From an uncultured Verrucomicrobiota bacterium (GTDB lineage: Bacteria > Verrucomicrobiota > Kiritimatiellia > CAIQIC01 > Lenti-01), in contig CAYNHA010000204.1 of assembly GCA_964397035.1 (NCBI GenBank), forward strand, positions 1 to 46,785: a DNA stretch of 46,785 nucleotides, in the 5' to 3' direction. Below the pieces are notes generated by a model. The model saw only the letters and a program-made list of their open reading frames with translations, did no database searches and was not told where the DNA came from. Both the position numbers and the translations under genes were made by a program. Shown here piece by piece: positions 7,562 to 14,938 of this stretch. The number at the start of each line of letters is the position of its first letter. Positions within the stretch are counted from its first letter, which is position 1.

Positions 7562-8851
7562 ATGGGACGGTACGTCGTCAGGCGCCTCTTGCAGGCCATT
7601 CCGACCGTGGCGGGCGTGGTTCTCATCACGTTCATCCTGTTCAACGTGGTGGGTGGATCGCCCGCCGCCCTGGTGCTCGGGCAGAACGCCGGGGCCCGCT
7701 CGCTCGAGGAATTCGACGAGGCGCGCGGCTACAACAAACCCCTCTTTTTCGGGAACTGGGCTCCCACGCGCGCTTTGGAGGCCGTGGATTTCGAAACGGC
7801 CTCTCCCGGTCTGCGTGCCAAATGGGGCGCAGGCGAAACCGGATGGCTGCGACTTGAACCCGGCCAGGAATTGGCCCTGCCCTTCGCCTTTCCGCTGCCC
7901 GAAGGCGAACGCTGGCGCCTGACGGTCGAAGGGCGGGGGGAAGGTTTTCCACACTGTGGAAAAAAGTTTTCCACACTGTGGAAAAAAAGCGCTGATTTTT
8001 CCACACCGTGGAAAAAAGTTTTCCACACTGTGGAAAAACCCGTTTTCCGGGCCGAAGGCGGAGCGGTGGAGATTCGGCGCGTGAAGTTGGAACGGGGCAC
8101 GGGGCATTTCTTCGATAGCCAGTTGCTGGACTATGTGAAACGGGTGGTTCGGCTGGATTTTGGAACGAGTACGAGCTTGAACCAGCCGGTGGGGAAGTTG
8201 CTGCTGTTGGGCATCGGCCCAAGTTTGTCGCTGACGGTTCCGATTTTGGTGGTGGAGCTGGCGGTGAGTTTGACGCTGGCGCTGCTGTGCGCGTATCGGC
8301 GCGGGTCGTGGCTGGATCGTAGTTTGGTGGCGGTGTGCGTGGCGCTGATGAGCGTGAACTATCTGGTCTGGATTGTGTTTGGGCAGTTCGTGCTGGCGTA
8401 CAAGCTGGGGTGGTTTCCGGTGTGGGGATTCGAGTCGTGGAGAAACCTGCTGCTGCCGGTGGGAATCGGCGTGGCGACGGGGCTGGGCGCGAATGTGCGG
8501 TTTTACCGGACCATTTTGCTGGAGGAAATGCACAAGGATTACGTGCGAACGGCCTTTGCCAAGGGGCTGGGCCCGCGGAGGGTGCTGTTCAAGCACGTGC
8601 TGAAGAATGCACTGGGACCGGTGATCACGAACGTGGCGCTGGCGCTGCCGTTTTTGTACACGGGCAGTTTGCTGCTGGAAAGTTTCTTCGGGATTCCGGG
8701 ACTGGGATATCTGAGCCTGAATGCGATTCATTCGTCGGACGTGGATGTGGTCCGGGCGGTGGTGCTGGTGGGGGCGCTGCTGTTCACGGCGGCGAACGTG
8801 CTGGCGGATGTGGCCTTGGCGTGGGTGGATCCGAGGGTGAAGCTGTCATGA
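7562..8851 (+). CDS. peptide/nickel-type ABC transporter permease (DppB/OppB-like) with an enlarged first periplasmic loop
   Basis: The N-terminus RYVVRRLLQAIPTVAGVVLITFILF is typical, YVRTAFAKGLGPRRVLFKHVLKNAL is the EAA-type motif, and the C-terminus is LADVALAWVDPRVK. ATG 7562 lies 5 nt after the aroK stop. The loop between TM1 and the LDFG motif is roughly 100 aa longer than in E. coli DppB (from memory). Confidence 0.85.
   Translation: MGRYVVRRLLQAIPTVAGVVLITFILFNVVGGSPAALVLGQNAGARSLEEFDEARGYNKPLFFGNWAPTRALEAVDFETASPGLRAKWGAGETGWLRLEPGQELALPFAFPLPEGERWRLTVEGRGEGFPHCGKKFSTLWKKSADFSTPWKKVFHTVEKPVFRAEGGAVEIRRVKLERGTGHFFDSQLLDYVKRVVRLDFGTSTSLNQPVGKLLLLGIGPSLSLTVPILVVELAVSLTLALLCAYRRGSWLDRSLVAVCVALMSVNYLVWIVFGQFVLAYKLGWFPVWGFESWRNLLLPVGIGVATGLGANVRFYRTILLEEMHKDYVRTAFAKGLGPRRVLFKHVLKNALGPVITNVALALPFLYTGSLLLESFFGIPGLGYLSLNAIHSSDVDVVRAVVLVGALLFTAANVLADVALAWVDPRVKLS
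7945..8037. repeat. four copies of the 19-bp palindrome TTTTCCACA(C/G)(T/C)GTGGAAAA inside the permease CDS
   Basis: Copies start at 7945, 7967, 7997 and 8019, forming two 22-bp-phased pairs. Copies 1, 2 and 4 are perfect and copy 3 has one mismatch. The frame is kept and translates as FPHCGKKFSTLWKKSADFSTPWKKVFHTVEK. Confidence 0.95.
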
Positions 8852-9765
8852 GCGTGGACGCCGTTCAGATGGAGGAGTCGCGCGCGGGCGTGTCGTTTGG
8901 CCGAGAGGCCTGGCGCATGGTGTGGCGGAGCCGCCTGTCGCGCGCGTGCCTGGCCGTGCTGGCGGTGTTTCTGCTGGCGGCGGTTTTCGGGGAGGCGGCG
9001 CACGCGTGGTATTCGTGGAAGGATGCGACTCCGCCGTGGCAGGCGCAGAACCTGGCCGAACGGTATGGGCCGCCGTGCGCGGGCCATTGGCTGGGCACGG
9101 ACGGGCTGGGGCGCGATGTGGCACTGCGGCTGGTGCAGGGCGCGCGGATTGCCTTCCAGGTGGGCGTGGTGTCCTCGTTGATTGCGATTCCGATTGGCGT
9201 GCTGCTGGGCTGTCTGGGCGGATATTTTGGCGGGAAAACGGATGATGCCGTGGTGTGGATTTCGACGACCTTCGCGTCGATCCCGGGTTTATTGTTCGTG
9301 CTGGCGATTGCGATGGTGGTGGGAAAAGGCTTGCTGGGCGTGTTTTTGGCGATTGGACTGACGACATGGGTGGGCGTGTGTCGGCTGATCCGCGCGGAAG
9401 TGCTGCAGCAGAAGGGTCGGGGATACGTGCGGGCGGCGCGGGCGCTTGGATTTTCGCACGGGCGGATCCTGTTCCGCCACATCCTGCCGAATGTGATCCA
9501 TGTGGCGGTGGTGTCGTTCACGCTTCGCTTCCCGGCGGCGATCGGGACGGAGGTGTTCCTGAGTTTCCTTGGAATCGGTGCGCAGGGGGAGCCGAGCTGG
9601 GGATCGATGATGGCCTCGGCGCGCCTGCGGTTGTGGCAGGGCGTGTGGTGGGAACTGGCGGCCGTGACGGCGGCGATTTTTGCAGTGGTGCTGGCGTTCA
9701 ATTTGCTGGGGGATGCGTTGCGGGATGCGCTGGATCCACGTTTGAGAACCACAAAGGACTCCTGA
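8848..9765 (+). CDS. peptide/nickel-type ABC transporter permease (DppC/OppC-like)
   Basis: There is an ATGA overlap with the upstream permease stop. HWLGTDGLGRDVALRLVQGARIA and YVRAARALGFSHGRILFRHILPN are typical motifs. The listed start at 8335 lies inside the upstream gene and is rejected. Confidence 0.88.
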   Translation: MSVDAVQMEESRAGVSFGREAWRMVWRSRLSRACLAVLAVFLLAAVFGEAAHAWYSWKDATPPWQAQNLAERYGPPCAGHWLGTDGLGRDVALRLVQGARIAFQVGVVSSLIAIPIGVLLGCLGGYFGGKTDDAVVWISTTFASIPGLLFVLAIAMVVGKGLLGVFLAIGLTTWVGVCRLIRAEVLQQKGRGYVRAARALGFSHGRILFRHILPNVIHVAVVSFTLRFPAAIGTEVFLSFLGIGAQGEPSWGSMMASARLRLWQGVWWELAAVTAAIFAVVLAFNLLGDALRDALDPRLRTTKDS

Positions 9766-9768
9766 AAT

Positions 9769-9798
9769 CCGACGCATAGTTAATTAACTTTGCGTCGG
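9769..9798. repeat. 30-bp near-perfect palindrome CCGACGCATAGTTAATTAACTTTGCGTCGG; possible terminator of the permease operon
   Basis: It starts 4 nt after the stop at 9765 and has one mismatch in 15 bp arms. It is followed by the T-rich stretch ATTTGGTTTGGGTTTTG. Confidence 0.8.
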
Positions 9799-9893
9799 AT
9801 TTGGTTTGGGTTTTGCCGGGGAATGACCGAAGTGTATTGGTTGAAATGTTTCATGATTTTGGATTGATTATAGGCACAATACTGGAAATATGG

Positions 9894-9923
9894 TCGACGC
9901 ATAGTTAATTAACTATGCGTCGA
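9894..9923. repeat. 30-bp perfect palindrome TCGACGCATAGTTAATTAACTATGCGTCGA, the second copy of the element at 9769
   Basis: The 28-bp core CGACGCATAGTTAATTAACT(A/T)TGCGTCG is shared with 9769-9798. The two copies bracket a 95-bp AT-rich spacer. Confidence 0.85.
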
Positions 9924-9958
9924 TTCTGAATGGGGTTTTCGATTTTTGTGGGGTGTCC

Positions 9959-10151
9959 TTGACAGTCGTTGCGGGGCATGGTTTAGTTTGTCGCACGATG
10001 AAAAGTTCGTCCATTCAATATCTGTCCTTGCTCGCGTTGCGTGGCGACACCCGTGCCACGGCGGGCGGCGGGTGTTGCGTTTGATGGATTCCCGAAACCG
10101 TCTGTTTCCAGGAAAGCCCGCCAAAAAGTCATGTTTGGCGGGCGTTTTGTT
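9959..10151 (+). promoter_or_regulatory. candidate leuA promoter plus Leu-attenuator leader
   Basis: TTGACA (9959-9964), a 17-nt spacer and TTTAGT (9982-9987) form the promoter. The mini-ORF 9998-10084 encodes MKSSSIQYLSLLALRGDTRATAGGGCCV*, with 4 Leu in 6 codons at 10022-10039. A hairpin spans 10044-10078. GGCGGGC occurs at both 10060-10066 and 10137-10143, and both are complementary to GCCCGCC at 10116-10122. The terminator GCCCGCCAAA-loop-TTTGGCGGGC is followed by GTTTTGTTG. Confidence 0.5.
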
Positions 10152-10197
10152 GTCCGCGTTCGAGATGAAGAAAAGTTGATGAAGGAATAACAGGGAT

Positions 10198-11736
10198 ATG
10201 AAGAAGCCGGATCATGTGATTATTTTCGACACCACGCTGCGCGACGGGGAGCAATGTCCGGGGGCGAGCATGGGCATCCACGAGAAGCTGCAGGTGGCGC
10301 GGCAACTGGAGAAACTGAAGGTGGACATCATCGAGGCGGGATTTCCGGCGGCGTCGCCGGGCGATTTCGAGGCGGTGAAGAAGGTGGCCACGGAAATCAA
10401 GAAGTGCCGAATTGCCGGGCTGGCGCGGTGTGTGAAGCGCGACATCGAGCAGTGCGCGGCGGCCCTGAAGCCAGCAGGGAGCCGTGCGCGGATCCATGTG
10501 TTTCTGGCGACGAGCGCGATTCATCGCCAGTTCAAGCTGAAAAAGGCGAAGGATGAGATCGTGCGGCAGGCGGTGGAGGGGGTGACGTATGCGCGCAAGT
10601 TCTGCAAGGACGTTCAGTTCAGTCCGGAAGATGCTTCGCGAACGGAGCCGGAGTTCCTGGCGGAGGTGGTCCGCGCGGTCATCGCGGCGGGGGCGTCCAC
10701 GATCAATATTCCCGACACGGTGGGATTCACGGTTCCGCAGGAGTTTCGCAGACTGCTGACCTATCTGCACGATCATGTGCCGGAGCTGAAGGATGTGGTG
10801 GTTCACGTGCATTGCCACAACGACCTGGGTCTGGCGGTGGCGAATTCGCTGGCGGCGATCGAGTGCGGGGCGCGGGGCGTGGAGGTGACGATCAATGGAA
10901 TCGGAGAGCGGGCGGGGAATTGCTCGCTGGAAGAGCTGGTGATGGCGCTGAAGGTGCGGGGCGACCACTATGGCCTGCAATCGCGCGTGAAGACGCAGGA
11001 GCTGTTCCCGGCGAGCCGCCTGGTGAGCCAACTGACGGGCATGATGGTGCAGCGAAACAAGGCGATCGTGGGTGCGAACGCGTTTGCTCATGAGTCGGGC
11101 ATTCACCAGGACGGCATGCTGAAGCACCGGGAAACCTATGAAATCATGCGCCCTGAGGATGTGGGGGTGGTGACGGGCACGGATCTGGTGCTGGGCAAGC
11201 ACAGCGGCCGGGCAGGGTTTTCGGCGCATCTGCACCGCATGGGGCTTCAGGTGAGTCCGGAGCAACTGCAGGGCGTCTATGATGCGTTTATCGCGCTGGC
11301 GGACAAGAAAAAGGTGGTCTACGACGACGACATCATCGAGCTGCTGCGCGATTTCATTTCGGACGTGCCCCGTGTATATGCCATCAAGTACCTGCAGGTG
11401 TCGGCGGGAAACCGGACGATTCCAACGGCAACGGTTCAGATGGAAAAGGATGGAAAGGTGTCGCAGGATTCGGCCACGGGGTCGGGTCCGGTGGAGGCGG
11501 CCCTGAAGGCGATTGAGCGCATCACGGGCATCCAGGGCGAACTGAAGTCATTTGCGATGCAGGCGGTGACGCATGGCGAGGATGCGCTGGGCGAAGCTTC
11601 GGTGCAGGTGAAGTTTGGCGAGGATCTGGTGTCGGCCAAGGGATCAGACATCGACATCGTGATGGCATCGGCGAAGGCGTATGTGAATGCGCTGAACCGC
11701 CACCTGTTCCGAGTCCAGGAAGTGAAGAAATCGTAA
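10198..11736 (+). CDS. leuA: 2-isopropylmalate synthase
   Basis: [35 protein letters not shown] and HESGIHQDG are present, along with a C-terminal LeuA dimerisation/regulatory domain. Confidence 0.95.
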   Translation: MKKPDHVIIFDTTLRDGEQCPGASMGIHEKLQVARQLEKLKVDIIEAGFPAASPGDFEAVKKVATEIKKCRIAGLARCVKRDIEQCAAALKPAGSRARIHVFLATSAIHRQFKLKKAKDEIVRQAVEGVTYARKFCKDVQFSPEDASRTEPEFLAEVVRAVIAAGASTINIPDTVGFTVPQEFRRLLTYLHDHVPELKDVVVHVHCHNDLGLAVANSLAAIECGARGVEVTINGIGERAGNCSLEELVMALKVRGDHYGLQSRVKTQELFPASRLVSQLTGMMVQRNKAIVGANAFAHESGIHQDGMLKHRETYEIMRPEDVGVVTGTDLVLGKHSGRAGFSAHLHRMGLQVSPEQLQGVYDAFIALADKKKVVYDDDIIELLRDFISDVPRVYAIKYLQVSAGNRTIPTATVQMEKDGKVSQDSATGSGPVEAALKAIERITGIQGELKSFAMQAVTHGEDALGEASVQVKFGEDLVSAKGSDIDIVMASAKAYVNALNRHLFRVQEVKKS

Positions 11737-11762
11737 ATCAAGGACGAGTTCGGATTCCTCCG

Positions 11763-11796
11763 CTCCCGGATGGCCTGCGGCCGTCCGGGAGTTTTT
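11763..11796 (+). terminator. rho-independent terminator after leuA
   Basis: CTCCCGGA...TCCGGGAG is followed by TTTTT. Confidence 0.65.
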
Positions 11797-11813
11797 CATG
11801 GGGCGACGGGTGC

Positions 11814-11845
11814 AAAAAAAAGACGCCGCAAGGAAAGCGGCGTCC
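11814..11845 (-). terminator. rho-independent terminator after the KTSC gene (minus strand)
   Basis: On the minus strand, GACGCCGC-tttcctt-GCGGCGTC is followed by TTTTTTTT. Confidence 0.7.
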
Positions 11846-11864
11846 GGAAAAAGAGGAAGGATTT

Positions 11865-12167
11865 CTACTTTTCGGTGATGTCGTCTTCGTCTTCCTCTTC
11901 GCTGTCGGTCTTGAACTGGCCCTTGATGTTCTTCACATAGAAGGCGCCCTTGGACTCCGCGGCGAGGAAGTCGGCATACACGGATGCGGGGACTTCCTGG
12001 TAATTGTAGACATCGGAGCTGTTGACCATCTGGATGCTCAACACCTGGGCAGCGGCGTCATAGCCGGCCTTGGCGATGAGAGAGGACTCGACGGGCAGCA
12101 GGTCAACGGCGAGGGCAGAAACACTGAAAACCATCAGCGAGGCGAGAATCCATGCAATTTTTTTCAT
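11865..12167 (-). CDS. secreted KTSC domain protein with acidic C-terminal tail
   Basis: The signal peptide is MKKIAWILASLMVFSVSALA. VESSLIAKAGYDAAAQVLSIQMVNSSDVYNYQEVPASVYADFLAAESKGAFYVKNIK fits the KTSC consensus. Confidence 0.75.
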   Translation of the reverse strand: MKKIAWILASLMVFSVSALAVDLLPVESSLIAKAGYDAAAQVLSIQMVNSSDVYNYQEVPASVYADFLAAESKGAFYVKNIKGQFKTDSEEEDEDDITEK

Positions 12168-12250
12168 AATCCACATACTCCTTGGTTAAACCGGAGCGAA
12201 GACTAACACGGACGGGAGGGCTGCGCAAGGAAAGTCAGAAGCGGGGAATC

Positions 12251-13813
12251 TCATGGTGGAGCAAAGAAGGTCACGCCGTCCTGGCTGACCCAGATGGTGT
12301 AATAGTGGGCGATTCCAGGCGTCAAATTGGAATGAACGAAAGTGGTGTTCGTGCCCTGGTAGACGAGGGTGCCGTTCGTTAGGGTGGCCGGAAAGGCGTT
12401 GGTGCTGTGGCGAACCTGGACGATGTTGGTGGCGATTCCGCAAAGGGTGGGGTCGGTCCATCGCAAAGCGACTTGGTTGGTCAGGGGAATGGCGCGCAGG
12501 CTGAAATCATGCAGAAGGTTCATATAGATCGATGGGCGAAGGGACGCATCGCCGATGAGCACCATTCCATACCACCATTGGGGGGCCCATCCGGCCCCGC
12601 GGTTGGCATTGAACCAGATGCGGAAGGCGCTGCCGAAGCAATGCCGGTTGGTGAGAGCGGCGTAAAAGGAACTGTCGTTCCACATGCCGCCGGTTTTGGT
12701 GGAGCCCCATGCGAGAAGGCCGCTTCGGTTTGTGCTGAAGACGGAGAGTCCGGCCAGATTGTCGGCGGAGCTGAAATCGGATCCGGAGCAGACGAAGAAC
12801 CCGTAGAAGAGGGAATCGGGGTGGATAAAGACGTAGTTGGTGCCAATGAAATGAATGTATTGTTTGGGGTTGTGCTGGTAGTAGCCATGTCCACCGGACC
12901 ATCCGTGGGAACGGGTGGAAATGAGCTCATAGGATTGGGGAAGGTGGTTGTCGCGGTAGTCGGCCACGGTGGTGATGTTGGACAAGTTCACGAGGGTGGT
13001 GGCACCGGCGTACACGGAGCCGATGGCGGTCTGATCGGAAGGTCCCAAATAGTCCCAATCGTCGTCGTTATAACTCAAAGCTTTGGCGGTGCCGTGCCAC
13101 GTGCGGGTTCGGAAGGCGTGGTTTTTGGCGAGATAGGCGTTGAGCACGGCGGAGGGGGCTCCAAGGAAGGGGAGTTTATCCAGGCGCATGCGGGAAACCC
13201 AGATTTCGATGGCCTTGTCGCCGGTCCAGGTGTCGTATTTACCACTGGTGAATGGGGAGACGGAGTTGGTGTCGCGCCAGGTCCCGTTCATATCCATGTA
13301 GAACAGGTCGCAGGCGAAAGACTCATATTCATCCGCGCCCCCCCAGTTTTGAATCAGTTCATACACGATGTAGGGAAGGTTTCCGATGAGGATGGCTCCT
13401 TGGAGGGAGGAGGGTTCGTTGTAACGGCTGATCAGGTGGTTGCGCAGATCGGTGGCGTTGCCGGAGGAAAACCGGTAGGTCAGCACGGAATAGCCGGCGG
13501 ACTGGAGGTCGGAGGAAAACCGAGAGAGGTTGGCTGCGGCGGCATCGTAGAGGGCGCTTTCGATCACGAGGCAGATGCGGTTGGTGGTGGATGCGGCCGG
13601 GGGCGTGGTATCGGCGGGGACGGGGTCCATGAGCAGAGGGCCTTCAAAAGACGGAGCCTCGATCGGCGGGCGCATCGGCTGGTCGGGCGAGAACCATCGG
13701 CTGGGAATCGGGGTCTGGGCCGAACTGTGGAGAGCCCATCCTGTCCACAGCAGCGCCATGACCATTCCGGTTCGGGCTGCACTGGAAACCTGGGTTGTTT
13801 TCACTTGTCGCAT
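12251..13813 (-). CDS. secreted clan-CD (gingipain/C25-like) cysteine peptidase homolog with a C-terminal FN3/Ig-like domain
   Basis: The signal peptide follows ATG 13813 (MRQVKTT...LLWTGWALHSSAQ). A candidate His (STRSHGWSGGHG) lies about 38 aa before a candidate Cys (FYGFFVCSGSD), as in caspase-fold peptidases. The C-terminal beta-rich segment LRWTDP...YYTIWV also supports the call. The longer listed ORF to 14002 would run through the upstream repeat and is rejected. Confidence 0.5.
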   Translation of the reverse strand: MRQVKTTQVSSAARTGMVMALLWTGWALHSSAQTPIPSRWFSPDQPMRPPIEAPSFEGPLLMDPVPADTTPPAASTTNRICLVIESALYDAAAANLSRFSSDLQSAGYSVLTYRFSSGNATDLRNHLISRYNEPSSLQGAILIGNLPYIVYELIQNWGGADEYESFACDLFYMDMNGTWRDTNSVSPFTSGKYDTWTGDKAIEIWVSRMRLDKLPFLGAPSAVLNAYLAKNHAFRTRTWHGTAKALSYNDDDWDYLGPSDQTAIGSVYAGATTLVNLSNITTVADYRDNHLPQSYELISTRSHGWSGGHGYYQHNPKQYIHFIGTNYVFIHPDSLFYGFFVCSGSDFSSADNLAGLSVFSTNRSGLLAWGSTKTGGMWNDSSFYAALTNRHCFGSAFRIWFNANRGAGWAPQWWYGMVLIGDASLRPSIYMNLLHDFSLRAIPLTNQVALRWTDPTLCGIATNIVQVRHSTNAFPATLTNGTLVYQGTNTTFVHSNLTPGIAHYYTIWVSQDGVTFFAPP

Positions 13814-13888
13814 CCTGAGGATGACCTGAAATCCGCCTGATTGGGAATAATGACTGAAAGGGGTGGACTTGGCAATATTCGGGAATCG

Positions 13889-13928
13889 TTTTCCACGGTG
13901 TGGAAGAACATTATCCACCGGTGGAAAA
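13889..13928. repeat. degenerate 22-bp-phased pair of the TTTTCCACA-N-TGTGGAAAA palindrome
   Basis: TTTTCCACGGTGTGGAAGA lies at 13889 and TTATCCACCGGTGGAAAA at 13911. Both are intergenic, between divergent genes. Confidence 0.8.
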
Positions 13929-13973
13929 GCGGGGAAGGGAGAGTCGATCGCGAGAATGATTGGAGATGGAAGA

Positions 13974-14019
13974 AATTCACTTATTACAATTAGTGAATTC
14001 ACATATTATAATTTGTGAA
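13974..14019. promoter_or_regulatory. AT-rich operator-like cluster of TTCAC/GTGAA inverted repeats upstream of the amino-acid ABC operon
   Basis: The sequence reads AATTCACT-N10-AGTGAATTCACA-N10-TGTGAA. The central GTGAATTCAC is a perfect 10-bp palindrome. A TATAAT at 14007-14012 is embedded in the cluster. Confidence 0.45.
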
Positions 14020-14100
14020 CGAGTGGACGGATTGCGAAGGAAATGGCTTTTCGGGTGGCGGTCATGGGTGTATGAAGGACGCCTACCCATAAGGAGATGT

Positions 14101-14910
14101 ATGAAGAAGATTCAATGGATGACGATCGGGGCGATGATGGCGGTTCTTTTCTTGTTCGCGGGATGTGCAAAGGAAAAGGCGGCAGGGGATTTGTCCCTTC
14201 AAAAAGTGATGGAAAAGAAAACGCTGGTGTTGGGACTGGATGATGCCTTTCCGCCGATGGGGTTCCGCAACGAGAACAACGAGATCGTGGGTTTTGACAT
14301 CGATGTGGCGCGGGAAGTGTGCAAACGCCTGGGCGTGGAGCTGGTTCCGCAGCCGATCGATTGGAATGCGAAGGAGCAGGAGCTGAACACGGGCAAGATC
14401 GATTGCATTTGGAATGGATTCACCATTACACCGGCGAGGCAGGAGCAACTGAATTTCACCGAGCCGTATGTGGGCAATGCGCAGGTTCTGGTGGTGAAGG
14501 CGGATGTGCCGATTTTCAAACTGTCCGAGTTGGCGGGCAAGCAGGTGGGATTGCAGGCGGGGTCAAGCGCGGCGGATGCGCTGGACGAGGCGGTCGAATT
14601 CAAGGCGACGCTGGCCAAGGTGGTGGAGTTCAAGGACAATCTGACGGCGCTGATGGACCTGGAGGCGCGCGGGGTGGATGCCGTGGTGATGGATCTGCTG
14701 GTGGCGAATGACAACATCGCGCGCTCTGGCAAGGCCTATCGCATTTTGGAAGAACGTCTGGCTCCGGAGGAATATGGCGTGGGGTTTCGCAAGGGCGATC
14801 AGGCGTTGCGCGATGCCGTACAGGCGCAGATGTCGGCGATGGCGAAGGATGGGTCGCTGGCGGAAATCGCGGTGCACTGGTTCGGGGCCAACATCACGAT
14901 TGTGAAGTAG
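14101..14910 (+). CDS. amino-acid ABC transporter substrate-binding lipoprotein (family 3 SBP)
   Basis: AAGGAG lies 5 nt upstream of ATG 14101. The lipobox is LFAGC. GLDDAFPPMGFRNENNEIVGFDIDVAREVCKRLG and DCIWNGFTIT are typical motifs. Confidence 0.88.
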   Translation: MKKIQWMTIGAMMAVLFLFAGCAKEKAAGDLSLQKVMEKKTLVLGLDDAFPPMGFRNENNEIVGFDIDVAREVCKRLGVELVPQPIDWNAKEQELNTGKIDCIWNGFTITPARQEQLNFTEPYVGNAQVLVVKADVPIFKLSELAGKQVGLQAGSSAADALDEAVEFKATLAKVVEFKDNLTALMDLEARGVDAVVMDLLVANDNIARSGKAYRILEERLAPEEYGVGFRKGDQALRDAVQAQMSAMAKDGSLAEIAVHWFGANITIVK

Positions 14911-14938
14911 GCGGTCCCGTCGGGACGGAGCGGCGGAC

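Noticed and set aside
7945-8037. possible CRISPR array (regularly spaced palindromic repeats)
   Set aside because: The units are 19 bp with 3- or 11-bp gaps, so there are no unique spacers of 25-40 bp. Only four copies are present, they lie inside an intact CDS, and no cas genes are nearby.
8335-8847. N-terminal 171-codon extension of the DppC-like ORF, and similar listed extensions (488-559, 5552-5686, 13960-14100, 15517-15570, 24007-24129, 26179-26241, 26943-27050, 29304-29345, 40682-40828, 43499-43594)
   Set aside because: Each extension overlaps the preceding gene or an intergenic repeat and encodes low-complexity sequence. Family alignments and Shine-Dalgarno or overlap-coupled start codons support the shorter genes.
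9780-9854. 24-codon minus-strand mini-ORF between the twin palindromes (MKHFNQYTSVIPRQNPNQIRRKVN)
   Set aside because: It has no Shine-Dalgarno sequence and it ends inside the palindrome. It is too short to evaluate without conservation or Ribo-seq data, so it is kept only as a note under the palindrome finding.
9946-10179. 77-aa plus-strand ORF upstream of leuA
   Set aside because: It runs through the promoter, both hairpins and the terminator of the leader region, and it has no ribosome-binding site or motif. The short Leu-rich mini-ORF in another frame explains the region better.
9959-10197. T-box or other riboswitch upstream of leuA
   Set aside because: No T-box consensus or specifier-loop architecture is visible, and the region is too short. 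The Leu-rich mini-ORF with alternative helices fits peptide-mediated attenuation better.
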